The notes beneath the pieces were generated by a model, which was not told the origin of the DNA, did no database searches, and was given only the letters and a program-made list of their open reading frames with translations. Both the position numbers and the translations under genes were made by a program. A stretch of 61,079 bases of DNA, filler included, from Bipalium vagum (lineage: Eukaryota): assembly GCA_037834085.1 (NCBI GenBank). It is 3 parts of 3 records of this genome, joined end to end, with 100 filler letters (N's around TTAATTAATTAA, not from the genome) between each part and the next. Parts side by side here need not be neighbours in the genome. Positions count along the whole stretch, not along the records: positions 1 to 18,354 come from JBBMKC010031822.1; positions 18,455 to 44,479 come from JBBMKC010160179.1; 1 more part is not named here. One strand, given 5' to 3'. Shown here one piece after another: positions 12,713 through 26,923 of this stretch; positions within the stretch are counted from its first letter, which is position 1, and every line of letters begins with the position of its first letter.

Positions 12713-13299
12713 ATGATTGATGATGATGATTCATTTCCAAATCTGCCTCCAAAGTTACACGAATCAGTAATAAAATTTAAATGTACAATAAATTGTTGAT
12801 TAAATTCTTATACATCATTTTGTTACAGGAACGTATGTATCATGTCCAAAAATGGATAAACAGTTTAACATGGGACGGTGAGTCAATTTCATACGCTCCT
12901 TCAGCACCTGATTCATCGGCCACAGATTGTTCTCACGGACTGATCACCAACACAAAAACCAGTCACAATACTCACAAAGACAACTGTAAAAACAACATAA
13001 ACTATTTCATGAACAGCTTTCATACCAGCACCAAGTACCATCATAATCAGACCAGTGACGCTTATCCCCATGACAACACAAATTATCAGGACTCCTCTAG
13101 ACGTTTGTTTACCAATGAAGAAAATCGAATTCTCGTCAAAATCTTTCGTGATCACTTCGCCTCCCAGGTCTGTCCCAATCTGCCCGAAGTCAGAAACAGA
13201 ATCAAAGGCACAAAACTGGAGGCTGACCGCGGTCCAATCAGCGTTCGCAACAAATTCAAACGTCTCCAAAACGAGAACCAGTGGTTGAACTACATTTGA
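12713..13299 (+). CDS. Two-exon ORF (12713-12766, 12829-13299) with C-terminal Myb/SANT-like HTH, possibly TE-derived
   Basis: In-frame GT-AG intron at 12767-12828. C-terminal RRLFTNEENRILVKIF...RGPISVRNKFKRL fits a Myb/SANT pattern. Confidence 0.5.
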
Positions 13300-15139
13300 T
13301 CCAAAGATGCACACAAGGTCAGAGACTGTCTCAACTTACATTGTTATTTTTTCCATTATTGATTATTTGTTTTCCTGTGGGACAAACAAAATAAACCGCT
13401 CCTTCCTATCCTCTTTCCGGTTCCCGTCTTGTTCTCCTGCTTTGTTCTCTTTGTCGTTGAACGTTATCTTCCTGTTCTGTTGAAATTTTTTTCTAACGAT
13501 ATGTGATCTCATTTTTTTTCAATTGATTTATTTTTTCAATAAAAATCTAAATCTGTTATCGATTTATGAGTGTTGAGTCGTTCGTGTGTATTTTTTCCGC
13601 CTTTTTTGCTTTTGAATTGATCTTTTGTTGTTGCTGTTATCCAGTATGGTTTTTCTTTGTGTTCAGTTCTCGTGATCATGTTTACTGATCGATGTTGATT
13701 TATTGATTTTTATCTCAGCTTTTTTGGTGCTTGGTCGTTAGTTTTCATTGAAAAAAGATGATTATTATTTATCGCAACTGCCCGAGGCAAAAAGTCGGTC
13801 TGTTTTTTTCCTTTGAGTTGTTTCTCGCCGCCGTCCCCGTCTTCTTTTTGTTCCACTTTCCATCGGAAAGGTTCCTCCTGTTACCGTAAAGCTGCCTCGA
13901 ACGGGTTTTTGCCTCGGTCCCCGCTCACCCCCGCCCTGGCCCGTCTCTTTCCCCACCGAAAGTCTGCAGTCACTGACAGCTCAATAAATTCATTGTACCA
14001 TTTCTAGTTCATTTTGTCAATCATATATATACACAAGCGTCGTTTGGAAAATAAATTTTCGGTGAATTGAGTTCAGAGTTTTCTTTTGTTTTAAAAATGT
14101 TTTCACTAAAGAGATTAAATCAATATTGGCGGAGACGATGATTGCAATATAAGAGGAGAGAGAAATTTCGATTGATTAATGAATTATTTCGACTTATTAT
14201 TTGTTAATTATATACAATTGATTTTTTTGATTAATTTTCATTCATTATCGATTGAATGTTGATTAATTATCTAATTATTAGGTATTGATTTTAATTTTAT
14301 ATAAATTATTTATTTTTATTCATTTTTAATTATTTATGGATTGATTATTTTTTATTTATTAATGTTTGCAAACAGAATATTAATATCTTTAAAGAATATT
14401 CTATTTTCTAATTAATTTGATAAAATATTTCCCGAATTTTTTCTCCACAATATTGACATGAGTCGATACCTGCAAAAAAAGTACCACAGTGGTGTAGGGA
14501 TGATTGAAACGAAAATCTATTTATGTTATTAAATATTTAATAATTAATTTTCTGTTTTTTAGTAATTGATTTTTTGTTGGTTTGTTAATTATTCAAGGTG
14601 GCAAAAAGTCCGACTTGAAATCGAAACACTGTCGGAAAATGAAGTATTATTGACCAACATTGAGTTAATTTTAAAAACTAATTTCCTTAACGAAATCAAT
14701 TATTATAACGAAGATTTAAAGAAATTGAAAAAAAATTAAAATACCAAAACAAAATAGAATTATTAAAATTCTTTTAATTACACCAAGTTATGTTATCTGT
14801 CTCGATATCTTTTTATATGGCTAGGTTCTATGATAATTAAACGGGTAAAATCAAATAATGCAACAATAAGATTTCAGTAAAATCTTTCAGAAAGTGTAGG
14901 AATTGTTGGGGATGGACAAACCCCAATTCGTATAATAAATGTGAGTACCAGACCGAAACAGGTAGTGCTACCCACAAAGGTTGGAAAGGCCATGAACTTA
15001 AGCTACCAATAACAATGCAATGAGATACGACAAAAGAAATAAATCAGCCAGTGTAAAAATCCATAGAACAAAAAAAGATTTACAGAGCTGTTGGAAATTA
15101 CCGAAAGCATCTGTAACCCATGAATTTAATTAAGATACA

Positions 15140-15400
15140 TTCACTGTATTGAACAGTACCACTTATGGACAGACCAATTATTAAACGAAGACTTTATTAG
15201 ATACAATACGCACTTAAAGTGGAATTAGATCGGCAAATCAAAACATGGTTAGAAATTTCTGTAATTCAAATAAGTCAATTACAATGGTGTTCTTCAATTT
15301 TACTAATAAAAGTTAAAAGGTGACTGGCGATTGTGTAATTATTTCAGAAAAATAAATAAAGTGACCTCGGCTTTAGGAAATTTTTGATAAAATAGGAAAA
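15140..15400 (+). mobile_element. Ty3/gypsy RT N-terminal fragment
   Basis: PIIKRRLY*IQYALKVELDRQIKTWLEISVIQISQLQWCSSILLIK, then after a frameshift GDWRLCNYFRKINK. Confidence 0.8.
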
Positions 15401-15448
15401 TCTCCTATATTTTTGACAGTCTCTAGAGACCGGCAAACAACGGGACTA

Positions 15449-16530
15449 TGTATCCTGTATCCTCAAAATTTTAAACCCATTTTCCCTCATTTATAACATT
15501 GTTTCGGTTTTCACCTTACCTTTACATATTATCTAACAATAAATTTTATTTGAAGAGTGATAATAAAAAAAAGGAAAATAATATAAAATTCTAAATAAAG
15601 AAACCAATGGATCAAATTTTTTATTTGCTATAAAATGACCGAATATTTTTATGATTTTTTTTAATTATTTTGGTTTGCAAGAGGCATAAGTCGTAAAATA
15701 ATGAGTTTAATAATAAGTTGATTTTTAAAAAAATTGGAAAATTAATAATAGTAATATTAAAATCTCATTGTCTTGATTTTTTTATTTGGGTAGTTAAATT
15801 TTGATTCAAGAAATATATCCCGCCGTCGGGATAATAAATTATTTTGTTTTCACTAACTTTATCTCGGTATGGAGATAACATTAGGAGTAATAGGCTATTG
15901 AAGGAAATAGTCGTCTCAAATCGTAGGGATTGGTGATCGTAGACCAATCTCTCCAACTATATAAAGAGACAGCTAATCCCAGGAAGCACCCAAAAAGTAT
16001 TTAAAAATGAGTATTATTTTTCGATTTTTGCCAAGGAGAACATTTTGGAAGACGATTGAAGAAATTGCTCTGAAGATTTCTGTAATTAGTTTTAATTTAT
16101 CAAATATGCATTTGGATTTTACAATGGGGCCCAACGAGTTTGGGAATCCTTAGGTGACCTGAAAGGAAATAGATGATTACCAAAGGACCCATTGTCCCTC
16201 CGAGTGAGAATATCTTCGAATTTTGTTTTTTTTTGTGATCTATCTTTAATATTAATTTCAATTTGAATTTTTTAAAATCAACATTTAACTTATATTGTAT
16301 TGGTATTGAATTTTGTTTTTAATTATTCATTATTCTATTTTATTTAATTTGAGGTTTTTCTAATATTGATTTGTGCAGACATATCAATTTTGTTACAGTG
16401 ACTTTTCAGGTGTTTGATTCTTTGGTTTATTGATCAGGATTTTATTTGTGTTTCGTATAACGATTGGATTTTAATAAAGTTTTCCTGTGATTGCTTTGAT
16501 TCAATTAGGGTACGAATAAGGTTTTACTGT
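15449..16530 (+). mobile_element. Probable LTR remnant
   Basis: TG start, TATATAAA near 15958, AATAAA at 16473 followed by a TTGATTCAATT..GTAC segment similar to 1652-1700. Confidence 0.35.
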
Positions 16531-16900
16531 AATAATAATAATAATAACCTATAATAGTAAAAAGGAACACAACATTGAATAGTGAGCAGTTATTGATTTT
16601 GAGCGAAAGTTACTTATTTCAGTTTAAGGAAAACAATAACAAATTAGTTACGAAAAATCATCGAAATCGTCGAATAAACTACTACTAAAAACTAAAAACT
16701 ACAAATCAGAAAGTATGAATAGAGTGAAAGAAATTGTGAATAGTTCCAAAAAAGGTACTACTTAAAGGTAGTCTTATGATCAGAGTAAAAATGACTGGTA
16801 GAGATCGTGCCCAGCATATTTTAAATTAAATAAAAGTCAATTTAGGCTATGACTACATCAATAGTTTTAAAATACTTTGCATTAAAAATTTTCAATTATC

Positions 16901-17233
16901 TCATCTGATTTCACTTAAGGAATCAATGTAATCAAAATCGGATATTTTTCCTCTGTCCAATGGACAGATAGGGTTAATAGACCACCAATCATAAAAACAA
17001 TCAACACATAACATGTGGTTGCAATCTTTAAGAATCATAATACTTTCCTCAAGACTTTCTAAACAAATAGGACATATATCTTGCTTAAATCTCTTTACAT
17101 TTTGATAAACATTTTTCTTAATTTCTTTTTGTAAGCCTTTTTTATATAATTTGACATATTTTCGAATTGTTTTTAAAGATAAAAATCTGTTAACTTTAAA
17201 ATTTGAATTGTTTTGATTTTTGTTACTTTCCAT
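16901..17233 (-). CDS. Small intronless RING-finger (C3HC4/C3HC3D-type) protein
   Basis: CPIC-x12-CNH-x2-CVDC-x10-CPLDR motif in an intact 110-aa ORF. Confidence 0.75.
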   Translation of the reverse strand: MESNKNQNNSNFKVNRFLSLKTIRKYVKLYKKGLQKEIKKNVYQNVKRFKQDICPICLESLEESIMILKDCNHMLCVDCFYDWWSINPICPLDRGKISDFDYIDSLSEIR

Positions 17234-18354
17234 GCTTTATTCCAGTTTATTTTTTATTTGAATACCTTTAGTATATTAAATTAGGTATGTAGTTTTTATT
17301 TTTTAACTTAAATTTAATTGGTCAAAATTTTTTAATTTTAATATCTTTGTTTATTATCAGAAACCTAAAGATTAATAATTGTCTAAAAAAAGGAGCTCAG
17401 ATCTAATTATTCATCATTTATTAACAGGAAAATAATTTAAATATTTTATTTTTGACTTTTTGAAAATGTATTTCAATCGTCTTGAAGTGTATTTATTGAT
17501 ATAATATATATTTTGTGAAAGTTGTCATTTTTTAAAGAAATGTTCGATAATAATATTAATATTTTAATATTAATTAACAGACTAAATGTGATTACCAAAT
17601 ATTTTATTATGGCTAGGTGCTACTGTAACCCTTCGAGTGAAATAATTATGATAACACCAAATTTATTAAATATCACACAGGACCAGGAGAATTTTTACAA
17701 CAAATTTCAGTGATACTTCAGTCTCAAAGCAAAATACTAATGAAATAGTAAGAGAAGTAGTATTAAATCAAGAAAATGAAACAATTAACTTTACAACTAT
17801 TGAACTAATAATTAAAATTCACAAAAAAGAATAAGTTAAGAAATTAAAAATAATACATAACAATATCAGAACGGCTTACCAAATTAAAATTTGACCGGAC
17901 TATTTGACTATCCACGAGTTTTGTTTCCTGTCATGCGTGGTTGATTCTACTCCACGGATCCAAGCTGTCCTGAAAAAAATGTACAATAACATCCCACTGC
18001 TCGAAGTTAAATAATAAGTTGTCGGTTTTATTTTCTTCCAAATAGTAATCCGTAGCTTCAAGAGCTGCTTGCCGCTTCGATTCGTTAACTGAGGTAACTA
18101 ATGTTGGTAGAGGAATTAATTTTATGGGAATATAAGGGTTCTGCAGTATGGAGAAAAGTAATTAGGTTAGACAACAGAAGCTACTTTTTTCAATTAATTA
18201 CCCTAAAAATATATTCTTCTTTTGTCTGAGGGACTTATTTTTTATCTTCATGTTAAGTGTTTGGCTTAGGTGTTGACTATTATTATGGTGGAGCGTGTAG
18301 TGCTTGTTTGTTTGTACTATCAATTAACTTCAGTTTCTAATTTACCTAACCAAA

Positions 18355-18454
18355 NNNNNNNNNNNNNNNNNNNNNNNNNNNNNNNNNNNNNNNNNNNNTT
18401 AATTAATTAANNNNNNNNNNNNNNNNNNNNNNNNNNNNNNNNNNNNNNNNNNNN
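18355..18454. other. Artificial assembly gap spacer (44 N + TTAATTAATTAA + 44 N)
   Basis: Exactly 100 bp with a six-frame stop linker, repeated at 44480. Confidence 0.97.
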
Positions 18455-18525
<71 letters not shown>

Positions 18526-18526
18526 T
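18455..18526. repeat. (TTA)n microsatellite at a contig edge
   Basis: Perfect repeat directly after the gap. Confidence 0.95.
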
Positions 18527-18563
18527 TGAACATATAACAAAGTAAGGATAATACTTATACACT

Positions 18564-19148
18564 CACAAGTTTGATAACTTTCTGATTATTTGAATTTATC
18601 TCAGCAGTGATGGTGCTTTTACTTCTTTGAAGAGTACTAGCAAACAGTTTTGCCCAACCGCTTTGACGGGCTCTGTTCTGGTTATCAGGACGCTCTTTGG
18701 ATACTGGTGACTTTTTAATAGGTCCTACCACTCCGAAATTTAATTCTTTATCATCAGAATTTTGCCTTTGCAAAAATATAGTCGGTGGTTTCCGTTTGAC
18801 TTCATTTTTGTGACTTGCAGCCGGAAGAGTATTGTCGAGATTAATTGCGGAATCCCCGGATTCAGAGTTGTTAACCGTCGGTGATTCTGGCTGACAAAAT
18901 CGATCGGGAATCGAAATATTTTCAGCTTCTTTATCATCTTCTTCGACAAAATCTCTAGTGGGAGCAATGATAGTGATGCGATCATTGTCTACGGAAATAT
19001 CATTAAAATCAATGATTTTATTGTTTGAATTTCGACTGAACGTCTGACGATACCGTCCAACTCTGGCCAGATACGTTTCACTGTAACGTGGTCCGGCATC
19101 CTCATATTCTACAGGACCAGTTGAGGTAACAACTTGATCATTATTCAT
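18564..19148 (-). CDS. Putative first coding exon of an unidentified host gene (Ser/Asn/Pro-rich)
   Basis: 195-codon ORF with raised GC content, ending at a CTT|GTGAGT donor. No recognisable domain. Confidence 0.55.
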
Positions 19149-20149
19149 TGCGATACCATGCGGAAATCAATACCAGAAACTCATGATTGACAAAATCGAT
19201 GCAGAACGATGGAAATTCTAATTCCGAGTTATCTATAATCTGACTCGGAAGACTCAATGAATGCTAGATTGGTTGCATACATCAACGACATACACACACC
19301 CACCTGGCCAATGAAACGGAAAGCTGTTTAACATTTACATGCAACAGAAACATGCAATCCGTTCTTCACCACACACACATACATGAATGAAGAAAGGAAA
19401 ATGTCTGGTAGTCGTCTCATAAAAATAGTAACGTCAACGATTGTAAAAAATGCCACAAATTTCGGACTTGAATGAAAGACAAATACACTGCATTATGTGA
19501 TTCTATGAATTTTAGACGTACAGTTTTATCACTTTTAAATGGTTAAAATTAACAGTTGCCTTTGGTTTGAAAACTGAATATGGATGAAAAGTAAATTGGA
19601 AAAGAATTAAAATGGAAAATTAAATTTTCAATTTTTTCTATAATGGCTGAAAGGGATTGGCTTCCAAAATGGTTTTTGAACAATATCTCAATATACGAAA
19701 GTCAGGTTAACTTGAAGAACTATTTCTAAATTATCAGATGTACAAGTACGACTTCCGTCAAGGGTACTCAGGGAAGTCAAAAAATTAACTTTTATCAATC
19801 ATTATTACCAGTATCAGTCCATTTTTTTTGTACATTTCTGAATTTTATTATAAATATTGATTTGATTTCGTAACAAATCACTTCAATTTGACATTTCTAA
19901 GATCACTAATTTTTAACTTCTGTTCAACAGATCGGTTTTTATTTTTCTTTTCTTCGCCCCTCGCACGCTTCGGTCTTTGCTCGAAACCCAAAAAATATTT
20001 CCTGCCCTCACATCTGATAATTAGTACTATTGGGTTGTTCGGAAAGTCACTTCGCTTTTTTATACCTATTTTGAAACCTTATTTTAAAGCACTTAAGTCA
20101 TTTTAAAGGTTAGGATATTCAAATTGCCTGGTAGATAGGACAAAAAGGA

Positions 20150-21810
20150 CAATATATCATTGATTAAAATATTTATTACTAATAAAATTTTTGGTCTTAC
20201 CTTTTATTAAAAAATGCAACGTTTATTTCCCAACAACCAATTGAATCAAAGACGCCACAATACAACTTCAAAAGGGATTGATAATGTTCACCAGTCACCG
20301 TTTCTGATTGTTTCAACAAATCATAATAAATCACACCTTTTTTATCTCACCAGATACACAGCATCACTTTAGACCTATAAATATTCTGTTTTGACGTTGA
20401 TGCTTCACCCAAGATGCTTTGCGTTTGGGTTGTCATATCGAGTCCATTTCTCGTCTCCAGTCATAATCCTCTCCAGTTTTTCTCCATCAGTCAATCACTA
20501 ATCACAACAGGGATATCTTCCCACCTTCTAGCTTTGCCTATGCAGAAACCCGTAGCTTTCAATTATCCAGCTTAACCCATTGTTAGTCGCCTCAACTGAA
20601 TAATTGAATCAGTGGCTGCTCTCAATTCAAATTTCACAAGTTCTCTATCGCTGTGTGGCCCATCCGCTACCCTTTTCTATAAGCATAATAACAGTCCGGT
20701 TAGTTAACAAGCTAGGGCTTTCATCAAAATCCATAAAATTTTAAAAAATTATGTCTTTATTAGGTTTTTTAACAAGTGAAATATTTAATTATGATTATTA
20801 CTTATATATATTAAATTTGAATATTATTATATAATTTAAATATGAAGATACTTTTAGAATATATTATAAAAAGATAATACGAGTAAAATATACTTTACAT
20901 AGTAACGGTTATTATTTAGTTCCAATGTGTTGCAATCACAGATGCAATCATAGGAGTTGATAAACTGGTGGATATCACTTTCCGTTATTCCAAGATATCT
21001 GAAAATCCTATCATTTTTTGATCCCAAAACCCAAAACACCTAATGTTTATAGTTCATATAGAGACTTTAGACCGAACTCCTAATCCAAACTCTTTGGCAA
21101 GTACTTCGTAACGAGCAACTACACATTGTTGTGTTTGGCAGTAAGCTAATGTGGGCGAGCTGGACAATGATCACATGGGCTTGACTCTCACTTGCAAAGT
21201 TGCAAAGTCTGCAACTAGGTTAAGGTACAGAATCTTAGTGTCAAATTGTTGCTTCTGAGTTTTATTGTGAAAAATCAGTGAGCAGCCGGTAATGTAATTT
21301 TATCATTCGTAAGTTTTACTATCACGTTTTTGCTTCCTCTTTATTTCCTCGAATTTGGTCAAAATGATTTCCTTCATTAAATCAATTCGAGGACAGCGGA
21401 ATTCTGTCAAATTCTCACAGAAATCAACCTCATACTGATTTCTACCCGCAGTCACCATTTCGGACCTGTAAAGGTCGATTTGGCAACGAGCGGGGTAAAT
21501 TAATACTGGGAACTATATTATGTTTCGCAACCAGATGTTTATCTTGGTTGAGAGTGTTTTTGAAATTGGAGTTTATGATCGCTTTACCAACGATCCCTTC
21601 CACCTTTCCACCACCGAATACGGATATATGTAGTCCCATAATCAATTAAGTCAGGAATCTATTAGCCTGATCAAAAAATTACTTTACTTGATGGGTTTAT
21701 TGTAAAATAAAATGATCATAAAGTCTTAAAATATACGGAAAAATAACAAACTTATGCAATAAAATTTTTCTCTTGGTGATTGAATCATACGTTACACTCC
21801 TCCCCAAAAA
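20150..21810 (-). mobile_element. Possible 3' LTR region of a minus-strand LTR element
   Basis: Minus strand reads GGGGAGGAG (PPT-like) immediately followed by TGTAAC at 21796. The far boundary is uncertain. Confidence 0.3.
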
Positions 21811-23177
21811 TGAAAAAGTACACAGCGCACATTTTACAATTGTAATTATTAAACAGCGAGTCCTTTAATTTTTCTAAAACTTGTATAAATGAATTTTTCG
21901 AACATCGAAAATGATTCCAAAATCCAGGCTTCACTGTTGGTTAATTGAGGCTGAATATCGGTAAGAAGTAATAAATTTAACAATTCCCGCATTTTTCTTT
22001 TAATAACATACCTTCGTTATCTTCTCCAAAGTTATGGATGTGACCATCAGCACTTCTCCACAGACTCCATTTTATGCCTTGGCTCACTTTGTCATCTTCT
22101 CAATTTTTAATACATACAAAATAACATAGCGGATAATGTTTAGAACAGTATATGCCTTAACAGTTTTAAAATGTGATTTATTCAAAACTGTCCGAATAAA
22201 ACTGAATATTCCAATCTTATGAAAAGTCAGATAATCGATGCAAAGAAAACTAAAGCAATGATTTTAGACTACTTTCAAGAAAGAGATACAAATTTACTTA
22301 AATAACGTTGCTTATATCGAAATCTTTTAAGTTAAGTTTCCCTGTGGATGTTGAACATCTTTGTTTGGTCAATAGCGGAATATTGGTCCATGATCTTCAA
22401 CTTAGTTTGACTAATTGTTATTCGTGAAATATTCTTATTTATAATAAAAGTTAGTGTTATATTCTATTATTTACAGCATTTTTATTTTTTGACCATATTA
22501 CGTCATCATTTCTCACTAGGTGGTGCCTTGGGCGAACCCATATTGTTTGCTGAAGTGAGTCACGTAATGAGCATTTTTGTTGTTACGTTTTTTATATGTA
22601 CTGTCTGGTTTTACTAATTTTCAATGCTCTTAAAATTGTATTTCTGTAATCTGATTAATTAAAGCACAAAGATAATTATACTACTTTGTCGGCATGTTAC
22701 AAAATTAATCAGACATTTTATATCTGGAATACTCATTAGTATGTCTAAAGCACAATAGCGACTAATTTTCTTAGCAATCAGCTCCAAAAGCTATAATTTT
22801 CATCTAAATATTGGCACTTACACTTATGAAATTTTCCACCTTTCGTAACTGATGATTTTATTTGTTAATTGTAGGTAATTGCTTTTCACCAGCACATTAT
22901 CTAGGGAAAAAAAATTAAGATTAATTGGAATGCTAATTTAATGTAAAGCTAAGTTACTTTAATTTATAAAGGGTTAATCTTGTCCTTTGTTTCAATTATT
23001 ACTCACTTAATTAAATGTAGTTTTTATCAATGCAACTTATTTTGTCAACCTAACAGTCTCTGCTGTGAAAACTTGAAAATGCAAAATGAACCTCTCATAT
23101 TTAATTATATTATTAATCTGAAATAATTAGACAACGAAATTTTATTAACTGCAATTAACAAAGATTGTCAGATCAGT

Positions 23178-24347
<1,170 letters not shown>

Positions 24348-24351
24348 TCAA

Positions 24352-24439
24352 CCATTTATATAGTAAGGCCTATGAATAAAAGAAAACGAAAATGTCCAAA
24401 TTTGGACATGGCTGTTCAATGTTAAATGTCCAAATTTAG
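24352..24439 (-). promoter_or_regulatory. Actin proximal promoter: TATA box and two CArG boxes
   Basis: TATATAAA on the minus strand near 24355-24362, perfect CCAAATTTGG at 24396-24405, CCAAATTTAG at 24430-24439. Confidence 0.75.
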
Positions 24440-25557
24440 AGAAATGAAATACAGCATTGTCTCTTGCTCTCTGGCGAGGCCATGGCTACTCAGTGAAACT
24501 GTTGGTGTGCGCACATGGTTTCTGTTCAGTAAGAGTTTGTTTGTCTGGTATTTGTTGTTCTCTGTCAATAAAAACGTTGAATGAATAATGGTCGGACAGT
24601 GAATAATCGTTGTGACAATTTTTGTAAGAGTCTACTTTTGGAAATTTTATTCTGAGACTCCCTTTGTAGAGGTCTAAAAATTTCGATTTAATATATATTT
24701 AATGATTATGAGGAAGGTGAATGAGAGATTATTTTATTGCTAGGGTGTATAGACTTAAAATTGAAATTATGTTCTTGTCTCTTTAAGGTAAGATACGGAG
24801 AGTTTTACTTTAGTATTTGGGTTAAATAAAATACCAATCACAACACTTCTCTAAAATGACAACTTCGAAAAATAAAATAATTTTAATAATTATTTTCAGT
24901 GCTTCAAATTTCGGAATATTTCTTTTTTGTATTCCACTGGTACTCGTGGCATGATCTTTAATTATAGTATTAAATTAGAATTATTTGTCATTTTTACACC
25001 GAAACCATTAATTGTATTTCACCGTTTCGGTGTACTTTGTGAACAAACAATAAATCATGTATAATTTCTCGGTTGTTAATAAAGTATTGGGAATGTTATA
25101 CTTGTGACCTCTCACATCACACTATCAACACTGATAATTTTAAATTTCGTCTGTTTTTATGCCATTTTCCAATATTCTTGTGCTCACCTCTTAAGGAAAA
25201 ATGTAACACTAAGAACACTTGGTCACAAAAGCAACAATTATTTAAAATTAACTTTGCGATGTATTCTTCTTCCACAATATATATATTATGATATATATTA
25301 TATATTATATATATTATATATTATATATACCTGATATAAAAGATACCATTATTATAAAGGTACCCAATGCTTAAGTGGGCTTTATTATGACCATTTATTG
25401 AAATTCAGGAGATTTTAAAACTAGATAAACTTTATTTAGGAATGAAAAAATAAATAATAGTCTATTATTTATTAAAAGAGCTCAAATAAAAATATTATCT
25501 GAACTGAAACAGTCTCTGTAACTATTTATTTTAATATACAATATATTTCTACAAACA

Positions 25558-26362
25558 AAAAGGGTTTCAAAAATGATTGAACTTGTAAATTTGATGCCAT
25601 TTTTACAAAATATACTTTTGTTTTAATAACACTTTTAAAGAATGTGATTCGAATATGGACAAATACACAATCAAACAACGTTTGGAAATGGTAAAATTCA
25701 CTATAAAAGATGAAGAACAACCATATGGTTCATTTTGGGAAAACCATCTCTTACTTAGAAGCACATTCTTGTCTTACCACCGATTATGTCAATCGAAAAA
25801 TATCAATTTTGGAGATACGAAACAAGTGAACTTGGTGGATGGAGGCCCATGTACAGCACTAAGCGGGTATATGTTTGATGTGGATTTTGCACTAAAAGAT
25901 TTACTGAATCCTATTTTTAAACCTAATGCAATTCGATATTGAAAGATGTTTGAAAAGATTTATTATGGCGTGAGATTGTTCATGTGGATTTTCATAATAA
26001 AACTGTGCAGTAAGTCACATTACCAAGGATATCAAAGGTTATTAAAAATAAATTTAATAATAGCGTTACTTTGCAATGTCTTTTTGTACTTAAGCTTATA
26101 AGACTAGTTTTTGAGGTTGCCTTAAGCATTGCTTATATCATCAAGCTCTAAACCAATCGTGACTAAAATTTCGAAACACATTTGTTAAAATCTCCTGACA
26201 AACATACTTCCTTAAAACAGTCAAGCCAAGCATATACGAAATGTTTTATTACACAAATAACAGAAAAAAACTTAGCTTCATACAAAGTAAAAATTCTTTC
26301 AATTTTGTAAAAATAAATGTTTTATTAATACATTTAAATACCAGGCTTTTTGAAACACCACG
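25558..26362 (+). mobile_element. Highly decayed Tc1/mariner-superfamily element
   Basis: MDKYTIKQRLEMVKF transposase-like start. Partial inverted ends GGTTTCAAAAA / TTTTTGAAACACC. Confidence 0.5.
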
Positions 26363-26608
26363 CAGAAATGCCAAATATAACTGGTTTATTATGCATCATT
26401 TTATTTCAAACATACACGACGGTAAATATCCCAAGATTTAACAAAACTGGAAATATAATATTATTAGATCAAATTAATATACGACAAAATCAAAGAATGA
26501 CTGAGAAGGGTTATCAGAACAGATAACAAAGTGAAGTTGAATTCTGCTTTGAACAAGAATATATTGTATAAATTATGAATATCAGTTCGAATGATTATTC
26601 TTTTACAC

Positions 26609-26923
26609 CAATGGTTCTCAACCCCGGGGTTGGCAAGCAGTTTTAAAGGGGTCGCCGAATTATGGTAGGTTTACAAATCATTACATGTAAAAAAATCGTG
26701 TTATTTCTGATGCTGTTAAGTAAATAGTTTGTGATGCGGATTAAACTACTTCTGTTCCTAATTACCTTAACTACTACAGTTAAGTTTTTTAAAGGTTATG
26801 TTATTATCATTTTATTTTATTTTTATAGGTTGATTTCATTAAATATAGTGAATTATGACTTTTTTTAGTAATATTAATTTTTTTTTGGGGAAACAAGATC
26901 TTTAAAAAGATTGAGAACCATTG
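26609..26923. mobile_element. hAT (Charlie-like) MITE
   Basis: Perfect 13-bp TIR CAATGGTTCTCAA / TTGAGAACCATTG. 8-bp flanks TTTTACAC / TTTCAGAG match at 5 of 8. Confidence 0.75.

Noticed and set aside
17931-18140. Open minus-strand segment NPYIPIKLIPLP...YYLEENKTDNLLFNFEQWDVI as the next exon of the 18564 exon
   Set aside because: It lies across an assembly gap and may instead be a hAT transposase fragment; this cannot be decided by eye.
18399-18410. TTAATTAATTAA palindrome as a biological site
   Set aside because: Assembly linker centred in N runs.
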